This document shows, piece after piece, positions 1 through 10,237 of a stretch of 64,000 nt of DNA. Each line of letters begins with the position of its first letter. The stretch's first letter is position 1. This DNA comes from Candidatus Latescibacterota bacterium (GTDB taxonomy: Bacteria; Latescibacterota; CBDEFO01): assembly GCA_965248755.1 (NCBI GenBank), contig OZ252149.1, forward strand, positions 2,240,001 to 2,304,000, given 5' to 3'. Made by a program: the position numbers and the translations under genes. The notes under the pieces are model-generated. The model was not told where the DNA came from. It saw nothing but the letters and a program-made list of their open reading frames with translations, and did not search any database.

Positions 1-2
1 GG

Positions 3-1247
3 CGCCCAGATTTGACCTTTGCCACGATGGATCACAACGTCCCGACCACGGACAGATCGCTGCCTATCCTCGACGAAATTGCAAACAGACAGATGGAAAC
101 GCTGGCCCAAAACTGTAAGGAGTATGGAGTTACTCTTTACGATCTTAACAGCCCGAACCAGGGGATCGTTCATATTATCGGCCCGGAGTTGGGGATTACA
201 CAGCCGGGCAAGACTATTGTTTGCGGCGACAGTCATACATCTACTCATGGGGCTTTCGGAGCGCTCGCCTTCGGCATAGGAACCAGCGAGATCGAACACG
301 TTCTAGCTTCTCAATGTCTCCTGCAGAATCGCCCAAAGACGCTCGAGATAAGAGTTGACGGCCAACTCTCAAAGGGCGTGACGGCCAAAGATGTCATATT
401 GACGATTATCGGGAAGATGGGTATTAATGGCGGGACAGGAAAGGTGATAGAGTACACGGGCTCTGCGGTTAGATCTATGAGTATGGAGGAACGGATGACC
501 GTGTGCAATATGTCCATTGAAGCAGGGGCAAAGGCAGGGATGGTCGCTCCAGACGATACTACGTTTGAATATCTTGCAGAACGTGAATTCTGTCCCAAAG
601 GCGAAGATTTTGACCGCGCTGTAGAGAAATGGAAAAGACTTGTGACAGATGAAGACGCAACCTACGACGCGACGCTCCAGCTCAACGCAAATAGCGTTGT
701 ACCCCAGGTGACATGGGGGACAAATCCAGGGATGGTGGTAGGTGTTACCGACGTTGTTCCTGATCCGGATAAGATGTCCAGCTCGGACGATCGAAAGGCC
801 GCCCTGCGAGCACTTGACTATATGAATCTGAAGCCGAACACGAGGATAACCGACATCAAGATTGATAAGGTCTTCATCGGCAGTTGCACCAACTCCCGGA
901 TCAGTGACCTGAGAGCGGCCACCTCCGTTATCAACGGGCGTAAAGTGGCGGATCACGTCCAAGTACTTGTTGTCCCCGGCTCGCAGTCTGTCAAGAGAGA
1001 GGCCGAAAGCGAGGGACTGGATACGGTATTCAAGGAAGCAGGGTTTGAATGGCGGGAGTCTGGGTGCAGTATGTGTCTCGGGATGAATCCAGATGTCCTT
1101 GGTGCCGGAGAGAGATGTGCCAGCACGTCCAACAGGAATTTTGAAGGCAGACAGGGCAAAGGCGGCAGGACACATTTAGTTAGCCCACAGATGGCCGCAG
1201 CCGCAGCTATTGCAGGTCACTTTGTGGATATTCGAAAGTGGGTATAA
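3..1247 (+). CDS. leuC: 3-isopropylmalate dehydratase large subunit (5' end lies outside the window)
   Basis: [28 protein letters not shown] and [12 protein letters not shown] motifs; frame is open from the window edge (RPDLTFAT). Confidence 0.98.
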   Translation, partial: RPDLTFATMDHNVPTTDRSLPILDEIANRQMETLAQNCKEYGVTLYDLNSPNQGIVHIIGPELGITQPGKTIVCGDSHTSTHGAFGALAFGIGTSEIEHVLASQCLLQNRPKTLEIRVDGQLSKGVTAKDVILTIIGKMGINGGTGKVIEYTGSAVRSMSMEERMTVCNMSIEAGAKAGMVAPDDTTFEYLAEREFCPKGEDFDRAVEKWKRLVTDEDATYDATLQLNANSVVPQVTWGTNPGMVVGVTDVVPDPDKMSSSDDRKAALRALDYMNLKPNTRITDIKIDKVFIGSCTNSRISDLRAATSVINGRKVADHVQVLVVPGSQSVKREAESEGLDTVFKEAGFEWRESGCSMCLGMNPDVLGAGERCASTSNRNFEGRQGKGGRTHLVSPQMAAAAAIAGHFVDIRKWV

Positions 1248-1258
1248 AAGGAGTCATA

Positions 1259-1888
1259 ATGGGGAATGTTATCAAATCCCCGAACCCCGATAGACTCAAT
1301 CGGGGCTCAATCGGGGACAGACACGTCGGGCTCTGTGTCCCGTTAGATCGCGTCGATGTAGATACGGATCAGATAATCCCCAAGCAGTTCCTCAAGAGGA
1401 TCGAGCGAACGGGATTTGGAGAATACCTTTTCCACGATTGGCGCTATCTGGAGGATGGGACGCTGAATCCCGATTTCCCGCTCAATCAGGAAAGATACAA
1501 CGGTGCCAGTATCTTAATCGCAAGAAGGAACTTCGGATGCGGCAGTTCCCGCGAGCATGCCCCCTGGGCGCTTGGGGATTTCGGAATCCCGGTGATTATC
1601 GCGCCCTCATTTGCGGATATTTTTCGCGGAAACTGCTATAAGAACGGGATGCTACCTATAGTGCTTCCAGATTCTCTCGTTGACAGGATATTTGCGGACG
1701 TTCTGCGACAGGTCGGCTATAAGATTACTGTCGATCTAGAAAATCAAGAGGTAGTACTTATGGATGGTACAACATATTCATTCGATATTGACGCCTTTGA
1801 GAAATACTGTCTGTTGGAAGGACTCGACGAGATCGGCTGGACACTGCAGTACAGAAAGGAAATAGAGGCTTTTGAAGGAAAAATGTAG
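1259..1888 (+). CDS. leuD: 3-isopropylmalate dehydratase small subunit with a 13-aa repeat-derived N-terminal insert
   Basis: [32 protein letters not shown] at 1259 after AAGGAG. Confidence 0.97.
   Translation: MGNVIKSPNPDRLNRGSIGDRHVGLCVPLDRVDVDTDQIIPKQFLKRIERTGFGEYLFHDWRYLEDGTLNPDFPLNQERYNGASILIARRNFGCGSSREHAPWALGDFGIPVIIAPSFADIFRGNCYKNGMLPIVLPDSLVDRIFADVLRQVGYKITVDLENQEVVLMDGTTYSFDIDAFEKYCLLEGLDEIGWTLQYRKEIEAFEGKM
1278..1316 (+). repeat. Nested 21-bp palindrome (family A): CCCCGATAGACTCAATCGGGG at 1285-1305 inside a split outer copy
   Basis: CCCCGAA[CCCCGATAGACTCAATCGGGG]CTCAATCGGGG = 39 nt, in frame in leuD. Confidence 0.9.
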
Positions 1889-1989
1889 GGGCGCCGTGGC
1901 GCTCTGTTAGGGAGCATGAAGTGGAGGCAGCAAAGCGCCAAGTGATGTACGCGCACGAATTGGACGACCAATTTAAAGTGGAGACAAAA

Positions 1990-3051
1990 TTGTACAAAGT
2001 AGCCGTAATACCGGGAGATGGGACAGGTCCTGAGGTAGTGGTGGAAGGGCTTAAAGCGCTAGAAGCCATAGCAGATAAGGCCGACCTTAAATATGAAGTT
2101 ACAACTTTCGATTTCGGAGGGGAAAGGTATAAAAGAACCGGGGAGGTCATTCCCGATTCTGCGGTCGAAGAGTTGAGAAAGTTCGACGCCATATACTTAG
2201 GTGCTATCGGTCATCCCGACGTCGCACCCGGCATCCTGGAAAAGGGCATCCTTTTAAGACTCAGATTCGAACTGGATCAGTACATCAATCTGCGTCCCGT
2301 TAAGCTCTACCCAGGGGTTGAGACTCCCATAAAGGATAAGGGTCCAGAGGATATAGATTTTGTGGTAGTTAGAGAGAATACGGAGGGGATCTACACTGGT
2401 ACAGGTGGCTTTGTAAAGAAGGGCACACCAGATGAGATCGCCGTTCAGGAGTCGATTAATACGCGGAAAGGCGTCGAAAGGTGCATTCGATACGCCTTCC
2501 AACTGTGTGGTAGGCGCGAAAAGGAAAAGACCGTAACTCTCTGCGGCAAGACCAATGTGCTCACGTACGCCTTTGATCTTTGGGAGCGCGTCTTTCACGA
2601 AGTGGGAGCAAAGGACTATCCCGAGATAAAGCGGGAATACGCCCACGTGGACGCCACCTGCATGTGGATGGTCAAGAATCCTGAATGGTTTGACGTGATA
2701 GTCACTGACAATATGTTCGGCGACATCATAACCGATCTTGGAGCCATGATACAGGGCGGCATGGGCATAGCGGCAGGCGGGAATATCAATCCTGAGGGCG
2801 TCTCCATGTTTGAGCCTATAGGGGGCTCGGCCCCCAAGTACACGGGACAGGGCATCATCAATCCTATGGCTGCGATCTCCGCGTGCCAAATGATGCTGAA
2901 CGTTTTAGGGGAATCAAAGGCATCCCGAATACTCGAAAACGCTATAGTGGAGGTGTTGAGCACGAAACTCAAGAGCCTTTCGGCTGGGGAAATGGGCTAT
3001 ACCACTAGTCAAGTCGGCGACCTTGTGGCCGAGGCAGTAGCCAAGGCGTAG
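1990..3051 (+). CDS. leuB: 3-isopropylmalate dehydrogenase
   Basis: IPGDGTGPEV, VVRENTEG, DNMFGDIITD, FEPIGGSAP; TTG start at 1990 after GTGGAG preferred over 1921. Confidence 0.96.
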   Translation: MYKVAVIPGDGTGPEVVVEGLKALEAIADKADLKYEVTTFDFGGERYKRTGEVIPDSAVEELRKFDAIYLGAIGHPDVAPGILEKGILLRLRFELDQYINLRPVKLYPGVETPIKDKGPEDIDFVVVRENTEGIYTGTGGFVKKGTPDEIAVQESINTRKGVERCIRYAFQLCGRREKEKTVTLCGKTNVLTYAFDLWERVFHEVGAKDYPEIKREYAHVDATCMWMVKNPEWFDVIVTDNMFGDIITDLGAMIQGGMGIAAGGNINPEGVSMFEPIGGSAPKYTGQGIINPMAAISACQMMLNVLGESKASRILENAIVEVLSTKLKSLSAGEMGYTTSQVGDLVAEAVAKA

Positions 3052-3108
3052 AAGATCTAAGAAAGTGCCCGAGGGGCAAAATGATCGAAAGGTGCAGGAG
3101 GTATTGCG

Positions 3109-4704
3109 TTGGGAGCAGAAGTGGAAGTTTTCGACTCGACTTTGAGAGATGGGGCTCAGGGCGAGGGCATCAATTTCTCTTTGGAGGATAAGATCTCTAT
3201 CGCCCGAAGGCTGGACTCTTTAGGAGTCCACTATATCGAGGGTGGCTGGCCCAATCCCACCAATCCGAAGGATCTGGCCTTCTTTGAAAGATCAAAGGAT
3301 TACAAGTTCAAAAACGCCAGGATCACTGCATTCGGCTCTACCAGGAGGACGGCAAATAAGCCCGAAGACGATGCGATATTGAACACTCTCTTAAACGCCC
3401 AAACCGAGGCCATAGCCATCTTCGGAAAGAGTTGGGACCTTCACGTGACAGAGGTGTTAAGGACGACTTTGGATGAGAATCTGATATTGATTGAGGACTC
3501 GGTGCGTTATCTTAAAGACAAGGGCAAAGAGGTCATCTATGACGCTGAGCACTATTTCGACGGCTATAGAGCAGATCCTCGTTATGCAATTAAGACTCTG
3601 ATCGCAGCAGAGGAGGGAGGAGCGGATATTCTGGTCTTGTGCGATACCAACGGGGGAATGCTCACTTCAGATATCGAGGAGATAATAAAGGAGACCGTAA
3701 AGTACATTTCGATTTCCTTCGGGATACATACTCACAACGACGCTGGATCTGCAGAATCCAACACGATAGCCGCTGTGCAGTTGGGCGCCCTTCAGGTTCA
3801 GGGAACCATAAACGGCTACGGTGAACGCTGCGGGAACGCGAATCTTTGCACTGTAATTCCAAGTATCGAGCTCAAGCTGAATCTGGCATGTATCGGGAGA
3901 GAGAAACTGTCTGAACTGATGGAGGTATCCCGCTATGTAAGCGAAGTGGCAAACGTCTTTCACGATCACAGACAGCCCTACGTGGGGAAGAGCGCCTTTG
4001 CCCACAAGGGAGGAGCGCACGCGGATGGGGTTATGAAGGTGAGGCGCTCTTTCGAGCATGTCGAGCCGCAATCTGTGGGCAATGAGCGGCGATTCCTAGT
4101 CTCCGATCAGTCGGGCGGATCTACTGTAGTAAGTAAGTTACAAAGGATTAAACCACAGATCAGCAAGCAGGACCGTGACGTCGGGAAGGTCCTGGCTGAT
4201 GTGAAGCAACTTGAAAACCAGGGATACGCCTTTGAAGATGCCGATGCTTCGTTCGAAATCCGTGCAAGAAAGATCATGGGCAGCTATCAGGAGCCTTTCC
4301 GTACGATAAGCTATCGCACTGTGGTAAGACAGGACGAAGACGGACGGCTCTTCTCCGAAGCTATAGTTGAGGTATCTGTGAGTGGAGAAAACGAACATAC
4401 GGTCGGAAAGGGAAATGGGCCTGTAAACGCGCTCGATAACGCTCTGAGAAAGGCTCTCCACAGGTTCTATCCTGAGCTTGAACAGGTTCATCTTGAGGAC
4501 TATAAGGTTCGCGTGCTTTCGAGCGGAGACGGAACCGCAGCAAAGATGAGGGTACTGATCGAATCTTCAGACGGGAAAGACTCATGGGGCACTGTCGGCG
4601 TCTCTACGAATGTGATAGAGGCAAGCTGGATAGCTTTAGTGGACAGTTTGAGCTATAAGATATTAAGACAAGTAGATAGTAGAACAGACATTCTGTCTAC
4701 TTAG
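3109..4704 (+). CDS. cimA: Citramalate synthase (LeuA/CimA family)
   Basis: DSTLRDGAQGEG, GKSWDLHV, HTHND, GERCGNANL, AFAHKGG, C-terminal GNGPVNALD regulatory domain. Confidence 0.93.
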   Translation: MGAEVEVFDSTLRDGAQGEGINFSLEDKISIARRLDSLGVHYIEGGWPNPTNPKDLAFFERSKDYKFKNARITAFGSTRRTANKPEDDAILNTLLNAQTEAIAIFGKSWDLHVTEVLRTTLDENLILIEDSVRYLKDKGKEVIYDAEHYFDGYRADPRYAIKTLIAAEEGGADILVLCDTNGGMLTSDIEEIIKETVKYISISFGIHTHNDAGSAESNTIAAVQLGALQVQGTINGYGERCGNANLCTVIPSIELKLNLACIGREKLSELMEVSRYVSEVANVFHDHRQPYVGKSAFAHKGGAHADGVMKVRRSFEHVEPQSVGNERRFLVSDQSGGSTVVSKLQRIKPQISKQDRDVGKVLADVKQLENQGYAFEDADASFEIRARKIMGSYQEPFRTISYRTVVRQDEDGRLFSEAIVEVSVSGENEHTVGKGNGPVNALDNALRKALHRFYPELEQVHLEDYKVRVLSSGDGTAAKMRVLIESSDGKDSWGTVGVSTNVIEASWIALVDSLSYKILRQVDSRTDILST

Positions 4705-4769
4705 ACAGTGGACACGGGCACTTCCCCTCCTCCCCTGTATGCTTTCTACTGTTTGCCGTCTAATAATTT
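4668..4769. repeat. ~100-bp composite hairpin repeat, copy 1 (supplies the last codons and stop of cimA)
   Basis: 41-nt left arm matches 23781-23821 with 2 mismatches; right arm CTACTGTTTGC is shared. Confidence 0.88.
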
Positions 4770-4782
4770 AGGGCCTATCTAA

Positions 4783-5952
4783 ATGATTAAAACTCAGCGT
4801 TTGGAAAGACTTCCGCCCTATATGTTTGGTCGCATCAACGACCTCAAGCTCAAACTCCGACAGCAGGGCGTTGACATTATTGACCTGGGGATGGGATGTC
4901 CCGACAGACCTGCTCCCTCGCACATAATAGAGAAACTGTGCGAAGTGGCGCACGATCCCAAGGCGCATCGGTATTCAGCGTCAAAGGGAATACCCGCCAC
5001 CAGGAAGGCCATCTGCCGCCACTATAAACGCCGCTTTGACGTGGATCTGGATTGGGAGGAAGAGGTGATATCAGTGATAGGCTCTAAGGAGGGTTTGGCC
5101 CACATATGCCTGGCGCTGCTCGATCCGGGAGATCTGGCTCTGGTTCCCAATCCCACGTACCCGATCCACATCTACGGTGTGGCTATAGCTGGCGGAAACG
5201 TGGTCAGCATTCCATTGAAGGAAGAAAAGGACTTCGTTCCGGACATAGAGGAGATCACAAGAGAACTGTGGCCAAAGCCCAAGATGATGATCTTCAACTT
5301 TCCCCACAATCCCACAGCGGCCACTGTAGACATTGGGTTTTTAGAGGAGCTCGCTGCCTTCGGACGGAAGCAGGGGATAGTCGTCATACACGATATGGCG
5401 TATTCGGACATCGTGTTCGACGGTTACGAGGCTCCGAGCCTTATGCAAGTTAAGGGTGCAAAGGACGTCGGCGTCGAGTTCTTCACCATGTCCAAATCCT
5501 ACAACATGGCCGGCTGGAGGATCGGCTTCTGCGTGGGCAACAGGGACGTCATAGCGGCACTTGCAAAGATAAAGGGATATTACGACTACGGTATCTTTAC
5601 TCCTGTCCAGGTGGCTGCAATAGCGGCCCTGGACGGACCTCAAGACTGCGTAAGAGAAGCGGCACAGATTTACAAGAACAGGAGAGACGTCCTGGTGGAC
5701 GGTCTGAATCGCATAGGATGGCCTATCCAAAAGCCGAGGGCAACTATGTTCGTCTGGGCCGCCCTGCCCGAGGAATATAAGTCTATGGGATCTATCGAGT
5801 TTTCCATGAAGCTTATGAAGGAAGCGGAGGTCGCGGTGGCCCCGGGTGTGGGCTTCGGGGATAAGGGAGAAGGGTACGTCAGAATCGCCCTTGTTGAAAA
5901 CGAGCATCGCATCAGACAAGCGGTCAGGAATATCAAAAAATGCCTCTTTTGA
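4783..5952 (+). CDS. Class I/II PLP aminotransferase, AlaC / LL-DAP aminotransferase-like
   Basis: [45 protein letters not shown]. Confidence 0.92.
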   Translation: MIKTQRLERLPPYMFGRINDLKLKLRQQGVDIIDLGMGCPDRPAPSHIIEKLCEVAHDPKAHRYSASKGIPATRKAICRHYKRRFDVDLDWEEEVISVIGSKEGLAHICLALLDPGDLALVPNPTYPIHIYGVAIAGGNVVSIPLKEEKDFVPDIEEITRELWPKPKMMIFNFPHNPTAATVDIGFLEELAAFGRKQGIVVIHDMAYSDIVFDGYEAPSLMQVKGAKDVGVEFFTMSKSYNMAGWRIGFCVGNRDVIAALAKIKGYYDYGIFTPVQVAAIAALDGPQDCVREAAQIYKNRRDVLVDGLNRIGWPIQKPRATMFVWAALPEEYKSMGSIEFSMKLMKEAEVAVAPGVGFGDKGEGYVRIALVENEHRIRQAVRNIKKCLF

Positions 5953-5984
5953 GATTGCTTTGGGGTTGCAACTCACACAATGAC
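5951..5984. repeat. Degenerate right half of the GAGATTGCTT...CAATGAC palindromic element
   Basis: Resembles 37374-37403; overlaps the TGA stop of the aminotransferase. Confidence 0.6.
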
Positions 5985-6071
5985 CGAAGGCAAAAAACCA
6001 AGTAATGTCATTGCTTCCCATCTAGCGATTTTCATCCATACAAAATGTCACAAAGATAAAAGGACACTAGA

Positions 6072-7277
6072 GTGAACGTCATACGAGGTTCTGTAACAAC
6101 TCCCAAAGGCTTCAAAGCGGCTGGGATACGCTGCGGGATAAAGGACCATCCTGACCTTAGGGACTTGTCTTTGATATTATCAGAGAACCCTGGAAATGCG
6201 GCGGCTGTCTATACACAAAATAAAGTAAAGGCACCGCCGATTTTTCTTAATCAGAAACATTTAGAGGACGGCAGGGCACAGGCCATAATCGCAAATAGCG
6301 GAAACGCCAACGCATGTACAGGCGACAGGGGATTTAAGGACGCAGAGAGGACTGCAAAGCTGACCGCAGAAGTTCTGGGTATAAGAATTGAGGACGTGCT
6401 TGTGACATCTACGGGTGTCATAGGAGTCCCGCTACCTATGGACAAGATTGAGGCTGGGATCAAGAGAATCGCACAAGAACTTTCTGTGGACGGTGGAGAC
6501 GCAGCGGCGCTTGGAATTATGACTACAGATACTTTCCCCAAAAAGATCGCAGTCGAAATCCATCTTTCAGACGGTCTTGTATCTGTAGGAGGAATTGCAA
6601 AGGGATCCGGGATGATCTCTCCCAATATGGCTACTATGCATTGCTTTATTACTACTGACGCTTCCATAGAATCTGATCTTTTAGCAGAACTGCTGTGCAA
6701 ATCTGTTGCTCGTTCGTTCAACTGCATAACGGTTGACGGAGATATGAGCACCAGCGACACTGTGATCGTGCTGGCTAACGGAATGTCGGGGACATCTTCC
6801 CTTTTACGGGAGTCTGATGATACTGCCAAGTTTGCGGAGGCACTGGACTTCGCGACGCTTGAGCTTGCCAAGATGATAGCCAAAGATGGAGAGGGCGCCA
6901 CGAAATTTGTGACTGTCAAAGTGGAGGGAGCAAGGACATTTGAAGATGCGAAAAAGGCAGCAAAATCTGTAGCTGAGTCGAATCTGGTCAAGACGGCTGT
7001 GTTCGGAAGGGACCCGAACTGGGGCAGGATCCTGTGCGCCCTAGGATACTCAGGCGTAGATGTGGATGAGCGAACTATAAAGGTCAAGATCGGAGACATC
7101 TCAGTCTACCAGAACGGTCTCGGAGTCGATTTCGATCACGCAAAGGCAGTAGAGGTCTTGTCTGAGGAGAACGTCTGTATCGACATAGACCTGGGGCAAG
7201 GTTCAGAGAAGATAGAGTTCTACACCTGCGACCTTACCTACGATTATGTGAAGATAAACGCTGAGTACACAACTTGA
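6072..7277 (+). CDS. argJ: Bifunctional glutamate N-acetyltransferase / ornithine acetyltransferase
   Basis: NSGNANA, STGVIG, AKGSGMISPNMATM, DGEGATK, DPNWGR, YVKINAEYTT. Confidence 0.97.
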   Translation: MNVIRGSVTTPKGFKAAGIRCGIKDHPDLRDLSLILSENPGNAAAVYTQNKVKAPPIFLNQKHLEDGRAQAIIANSGNANACTGDRGFKDAERTAKLTAEVLGIRIEDVLVTSTGVIGVPLPMDKIEAGIKRIAQELSVDGGDAAALGIMTTDTFPKKIAVEIHLSDGLVSVGGIAKGSGMISPNMATMHCFITTDASIESDLLAELLCKSVARSFNCITVDGDMSTSDTVIVLANGMSGTSSLLRESDDTAKFAEALDFATLELAKMIAKDGEGATKFVTVKVEGARTFEDAKKAAKSVAESNLVKTAVFGRDPNWGRILCALGYSGVDVDERTIKVKIGDISVYQNGLGVDFDHAKAVEVLSEENVCIDIDLGQGSEKIEFYTCDLTYDYVKINAEYTT

Positions 7278-7280
7278 TGT

Positions 7281-7361
7281 CCCCTCCAAAAGTATCGGTG
7301 GGTCAGACATTCTCCCTCTGACATGGAACAGACAAAAATGTCTGTTCTACTAATTTGGGGG
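7281..7361. repeat. Inverted pair of GTAG/GTGG REP-like hairpins enclosed by an outer inverted repeat
   Basis: GTGGGTCAGACATTCTCCCTCTGAC (7298-7322, +) and GTAGAACAGACATTTTTGTCTGTTCC (7325-7350, -), flanked by CCCCTCCAAAAGTA ... TAATTTGGGGG. Confidence 0.7.
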
Positions 7362-7379
7362 AAAAAAGAAGGATCAAGA

Positions 7380-8576
7380 ATGGAAATTTCGAGGAACGTA
7401 CAGAGAATGGAGCCTTCTATAACTATGGCCGTAACAGACAAGGCAAAGGCTATGAAGGCGCAGGGGATCGATGTAATCTCGATGAGCGCGGGAGAGCCGG
7501 ACTTCGACACTCCAGAGAACATAAAGGAGGCGGCATACAGGGCTATAGAGAGCGGATTTACGAAGTACACACCGGCGGTGGGCATCCCTGAGCTGAGAGA
7601 GGCTATCTGCCAGAAATTTAAGAAAGACAATGATTTAGATTACGAGCCTTCGGAAGTTGTGGTAAGCTGTGGGGCCAAGCACTCGATATTCATAGCTGTG
7701 ATGGCCCTCCTGAATCCGGGTGATGAGGTCATAATCCCCGCTCCGTATTGGGTCACCTATACTGAACAGCCCAAGCTTGCAGGTGGGAATCCCGTGGTCG
7801 TGAAGGCTCAGAAGGAAACGGGCCTCAAGATCACCCCCAAACAGTTGAAGGATGCAGTTACCCCCAAGACCAAGCTGTTCATGCTGAATAGCCCATCCAA
7901 TCCGAGCGGTGCTGTCTACACTAAGGAGGAATTAAAGGGGCTTGCGGATGTCCTTTTAGATGCAGGCGTCTGGGTCATCTCCGACGAGATGTACGAGAGC
8001 ATAATCTACAACGGCGAGGTTCACTACAGCATCGCCGCCCTTCGAGATGGGATGAAGGATCAGACCATCACTGTGAACGGTGTGTCCAAGACCTACGCTA
8101 TGACGGGCTGGAGGATAGGATATGCCGCAGGACCTGGTGACGTCATAAAGGATATGGGTAAGATCCAGAGCCAGGAGACGTCAAATCCCTCCTCCATCTC
8201 TCAGATGGCGGCTCTGGAAGCTATAACGGGTCCCAAGGACGCTTTTAATGAGATGCTCAAAGCCTTCGGAGAGCGCCGGAGATATATTCTAGATAGGCTG
8301 AATTCTATTGAGGGAGTATGGTGCATCACTCCCAAAGGTTCCTTCTACGCCTATCCCGATGTATCGTCTTACTATGGCTCTCGCTTCACCGGGAAAGCCA
8401 TAGAAGGCTCGGTCGCCATGTGCACTTATCTCCTTGAAGAGGCGAAGGTCGCCTGCGTGCCCGGCGCAGGCTTCGGGACGGATGAAAACATAAGGCTTTC
8501 ATACGCTACGTCTATGGAGAATATAGAGAAGGCTCTGGACAGAATAGAAGAGGGGCTGAGCAGGCTGGATAGATAG
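7380..8576 (+). CDS. aspC: Aspartate aminotransferase (class I/II)
   Basis: GEPDFDTP, GAKH, NSPSNPSG, SDEMYE, SKTYAMTGWRIG, RLSYATS; ATG at 7380. Confidence 0.9.
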   Translation: MEISRNVQRMEPSITMAVTDKAKAMKAQGIDVISMSAGEPDFDTPENIKEAAYRAIESGFTKYTPAVGIPELREAICQKFKKDNDLDYEPSEVVVSCGAKHSIFIAVMALLNPGDEVIIPAPYWVTYTEQPKLAGGNPVVVKAQKETGLKITPKQLKDAVTPKTKLFMLNSPSNPSGAVYTKEELKGLADVLLDAGVWVISDEMYESIIYNGEVHYSIAALRDGMKDQTITVNGVSKTYAMTGWRIGYAAGPGDVIKDMGKIQSQETSNPSSISQMAALEAITGPKDAFNEMLKAFGERRRYILDRLNSIEGVWCITPKGSFYAYPDVSSYYGSRFTGKAIEGSVAMCTYLLEEAKVACVPGAGFGTDENIRLSYATSMENIEKALDRIEEGLSRLDR

Positions 8577-8665
8577 GCGGAACTTAGAATAAATAGAATT
8601 GTCTACACAATAGCGAAGTTAGGCAAGAATTACAGAAAGACACCTAATCAAAAAGGGATAGCAAG

Positions 8666-8887
8666 ATGCTCGATAGAGGAGTTGTGCGAGAATTTCTGGA
8701 TGAAAAACTCATAGCGATAGGAATACCTGAAGATATTTCCAACGAGGCGCTGGTAGAGACCTTCCGGAAATATACTGAGGATGATTGCTATGAGTGGCTG
8801 AAGGACAATTCCAAATCCTTCTTAACTCATGGAAAACCCGATTGGGACTGGATTAGAGGGAGGATTGAGCACTATTCAAAAGAATAG
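8666..8887 (+). CDS. Small hypothetical protein (73 aa)
   Basis: Protein-like composition, purine-rich upstream sequence, fills the gap between aspC and a hairpin. Confidence 0.6.
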   Translation: MLDRGVVREFLDEKLIAIGIPEDISNEALVETFRKYTEDDCYEWLKDNSKSFLTHGKPDWDWIRGRIEHYSKE

Positions 8888-8961
8888 CTGGTAACACTTT
8901 CCAACCCATAATTATAGCGATAGCCCCCATCGCAATAATAAGTTTTAGCGGTGTTACGCAG
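8888..8961. other. Long imperfect palindrome: attC-like site or bidirectional terminator
   Basis: CTG-GTAACAC...ATTATAGCGAT / ATCGCAATAAT...GTGTTAC-GCAG between convergent genes. Confidence 0.55.
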
Positions 8962-8975
8962 GGTCATCTACTGAT

Positions 8976-9566
8976 TCAAAACGGCACAGCGTATGTAACT
9001 TTAAAAGACATATTCCCAGGCATAAGACTAACGTCGGGAAAGATTCGCCTTTCTTCCTTTTTGGGGTAGAGTCCAAAGCCCGTGGCGCCCACAGCAAAGC
9101 TCGTGGCGATCCAGCCGATGAGCCTGCGCGTTGAAGCCTCATCCTCCAATTTCTCAGCTTGTGCTATAAGTTCTAGCTTCCCCGAGCTCCTGTTATTCTC
9201 TGCGTCTTCGTCCTTGTCGGAGGCGCTGTTGAACGCCCAGAGAGCTACGGCTCCCAATCCGACTGTGGCTCCTAAAAAGCCTATGTTAGGAAACGTGGTG
9301 ACCTCAACTGTCTTGGCCCCCGCGCCCAGGGAATCGAGGGTGACAATTTTGTCTACCTCTTCGGGTTCAAAGGTGAATATCTCTTTTTGGGCCTTCAAAA
9401 TAATCAAATCTTCGGAATGTTCGATCAATTTTCCGGTGACGATGTCTCCGTCTTTAAGATAGAGTCGAACATCGTACTCGAATTTGCCCTGGGCAAAGAC
9501 AGGACATGAGAACATAATGGTCTCAAATACCATAGCGACTGTCAGAAGAATCGAAAGATATTTCAT
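8976..9566 (-). CDS. Hypothetical exported/membrane protein
   Basis: MKYLSILL signal peptide after AGAGGAG; LKDGDIVTGKLI beta domain; two hydrophobic helices; C-terminal Phe. Confidence 0.8.
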   Translation of the reverse strand: MKYLSILLTVAMVFETIMFSCPVFAQGKFEYDVRLYLKDGDIVTGKLIEHSEDLIILKAQKEIFTFEPEEVDKIVTLDSLGAGAKTVEVTTFPNIGFLGATVGLGAVALWAFNSASDKDEDAENNRSSGKLELIAQAEKLEDEASTRRLIGWIATSFAVGATGFGLYPKKEERRIFPDVSLMPGNMSFKVTYAVPF

Positions 9567-9683
9567 CGCTCTATAACTCCTCTCTTTTTTAGCATTATAG
9601 ATAGAACTCCTTGATGACATGAAGGTCAATTACAGAACTTTTTCCGTCAACAGATAGGATAACAAGCGGGATAACAGCGACAG

Positions 9684-10202
9684 ATGAACCTGAGACACAC
9701 CCTTATCGTATCCATTCTATTTCTCGTTGTAGCCTGCGGGGGAGACGAATCTACATCGCCTACAAAGACCGGCAATCTCTCTGCCACAGTTGACAGACGA
9801 TTCCTGTTCCAGGATTCAGGGACGGCTACAGCTACGCTCACAGCGGATCAGAGTGGCCAGATAAGGTTCATACATATCCAGGCTGTGGACAACCAAGGCG
9901 ATCTTATCGGCGACATAATTGACCTCTTTATAGAGACCCACTTTGATACTCAATTCCCCACCGCTTTTGAGGCCCAATACAAGAACTACAGGCTCCTCAA
10001 AACCGGTGTATTCGGAGCGCAGGGCATCTTTTCATCGCAAAGCATCGAGTTTAGGACGGACACCGGAACTTCAGGACAGATCATCGTTGAGCAACTTACT
10101 CAGGATAATATCCAAGGCAACTTTGAATTTATAGGAATCAGCGATACGGGCATCCTCATAGAAGTTTTCGGTCTTTTTGATGTACCCATTATTACAAATT
10201 AG
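9684..10202 (+). CDS. Hypothetical lipoprotein
   Basis: Lipobox VVAC followed by GGDESTSP linker; beta-rich body. Confidence 0.8.
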   Translation: MNLRHTLIVSILFLVVACGGDESTSPTKTGNLSATVDRRFLFQDSGTATATLTADQSGQIRFIHIQAVDNQGDLIGDIIDLFIETHFDTQFPTAFEAQYKNYRLLKTGVFGAQGIFSSQSIEFRTDTGTSGQIIVEQLTQDNIQGNFEFIGISDTGILIEVFGLFDVPIITN

Positions 10203-10237
10203 CGTCAGAAAAAGAAGTTGAGGCGACACAGTCAAGA

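Noticed and set aside
369..7099. Long antisense ORFs (e.g. 369-1175, 2254-2889, 6251-7099; also 56412-57386)
   Set aside because: They are shadows of well-supported genes on the opposite strand and show no recognisable motifs.
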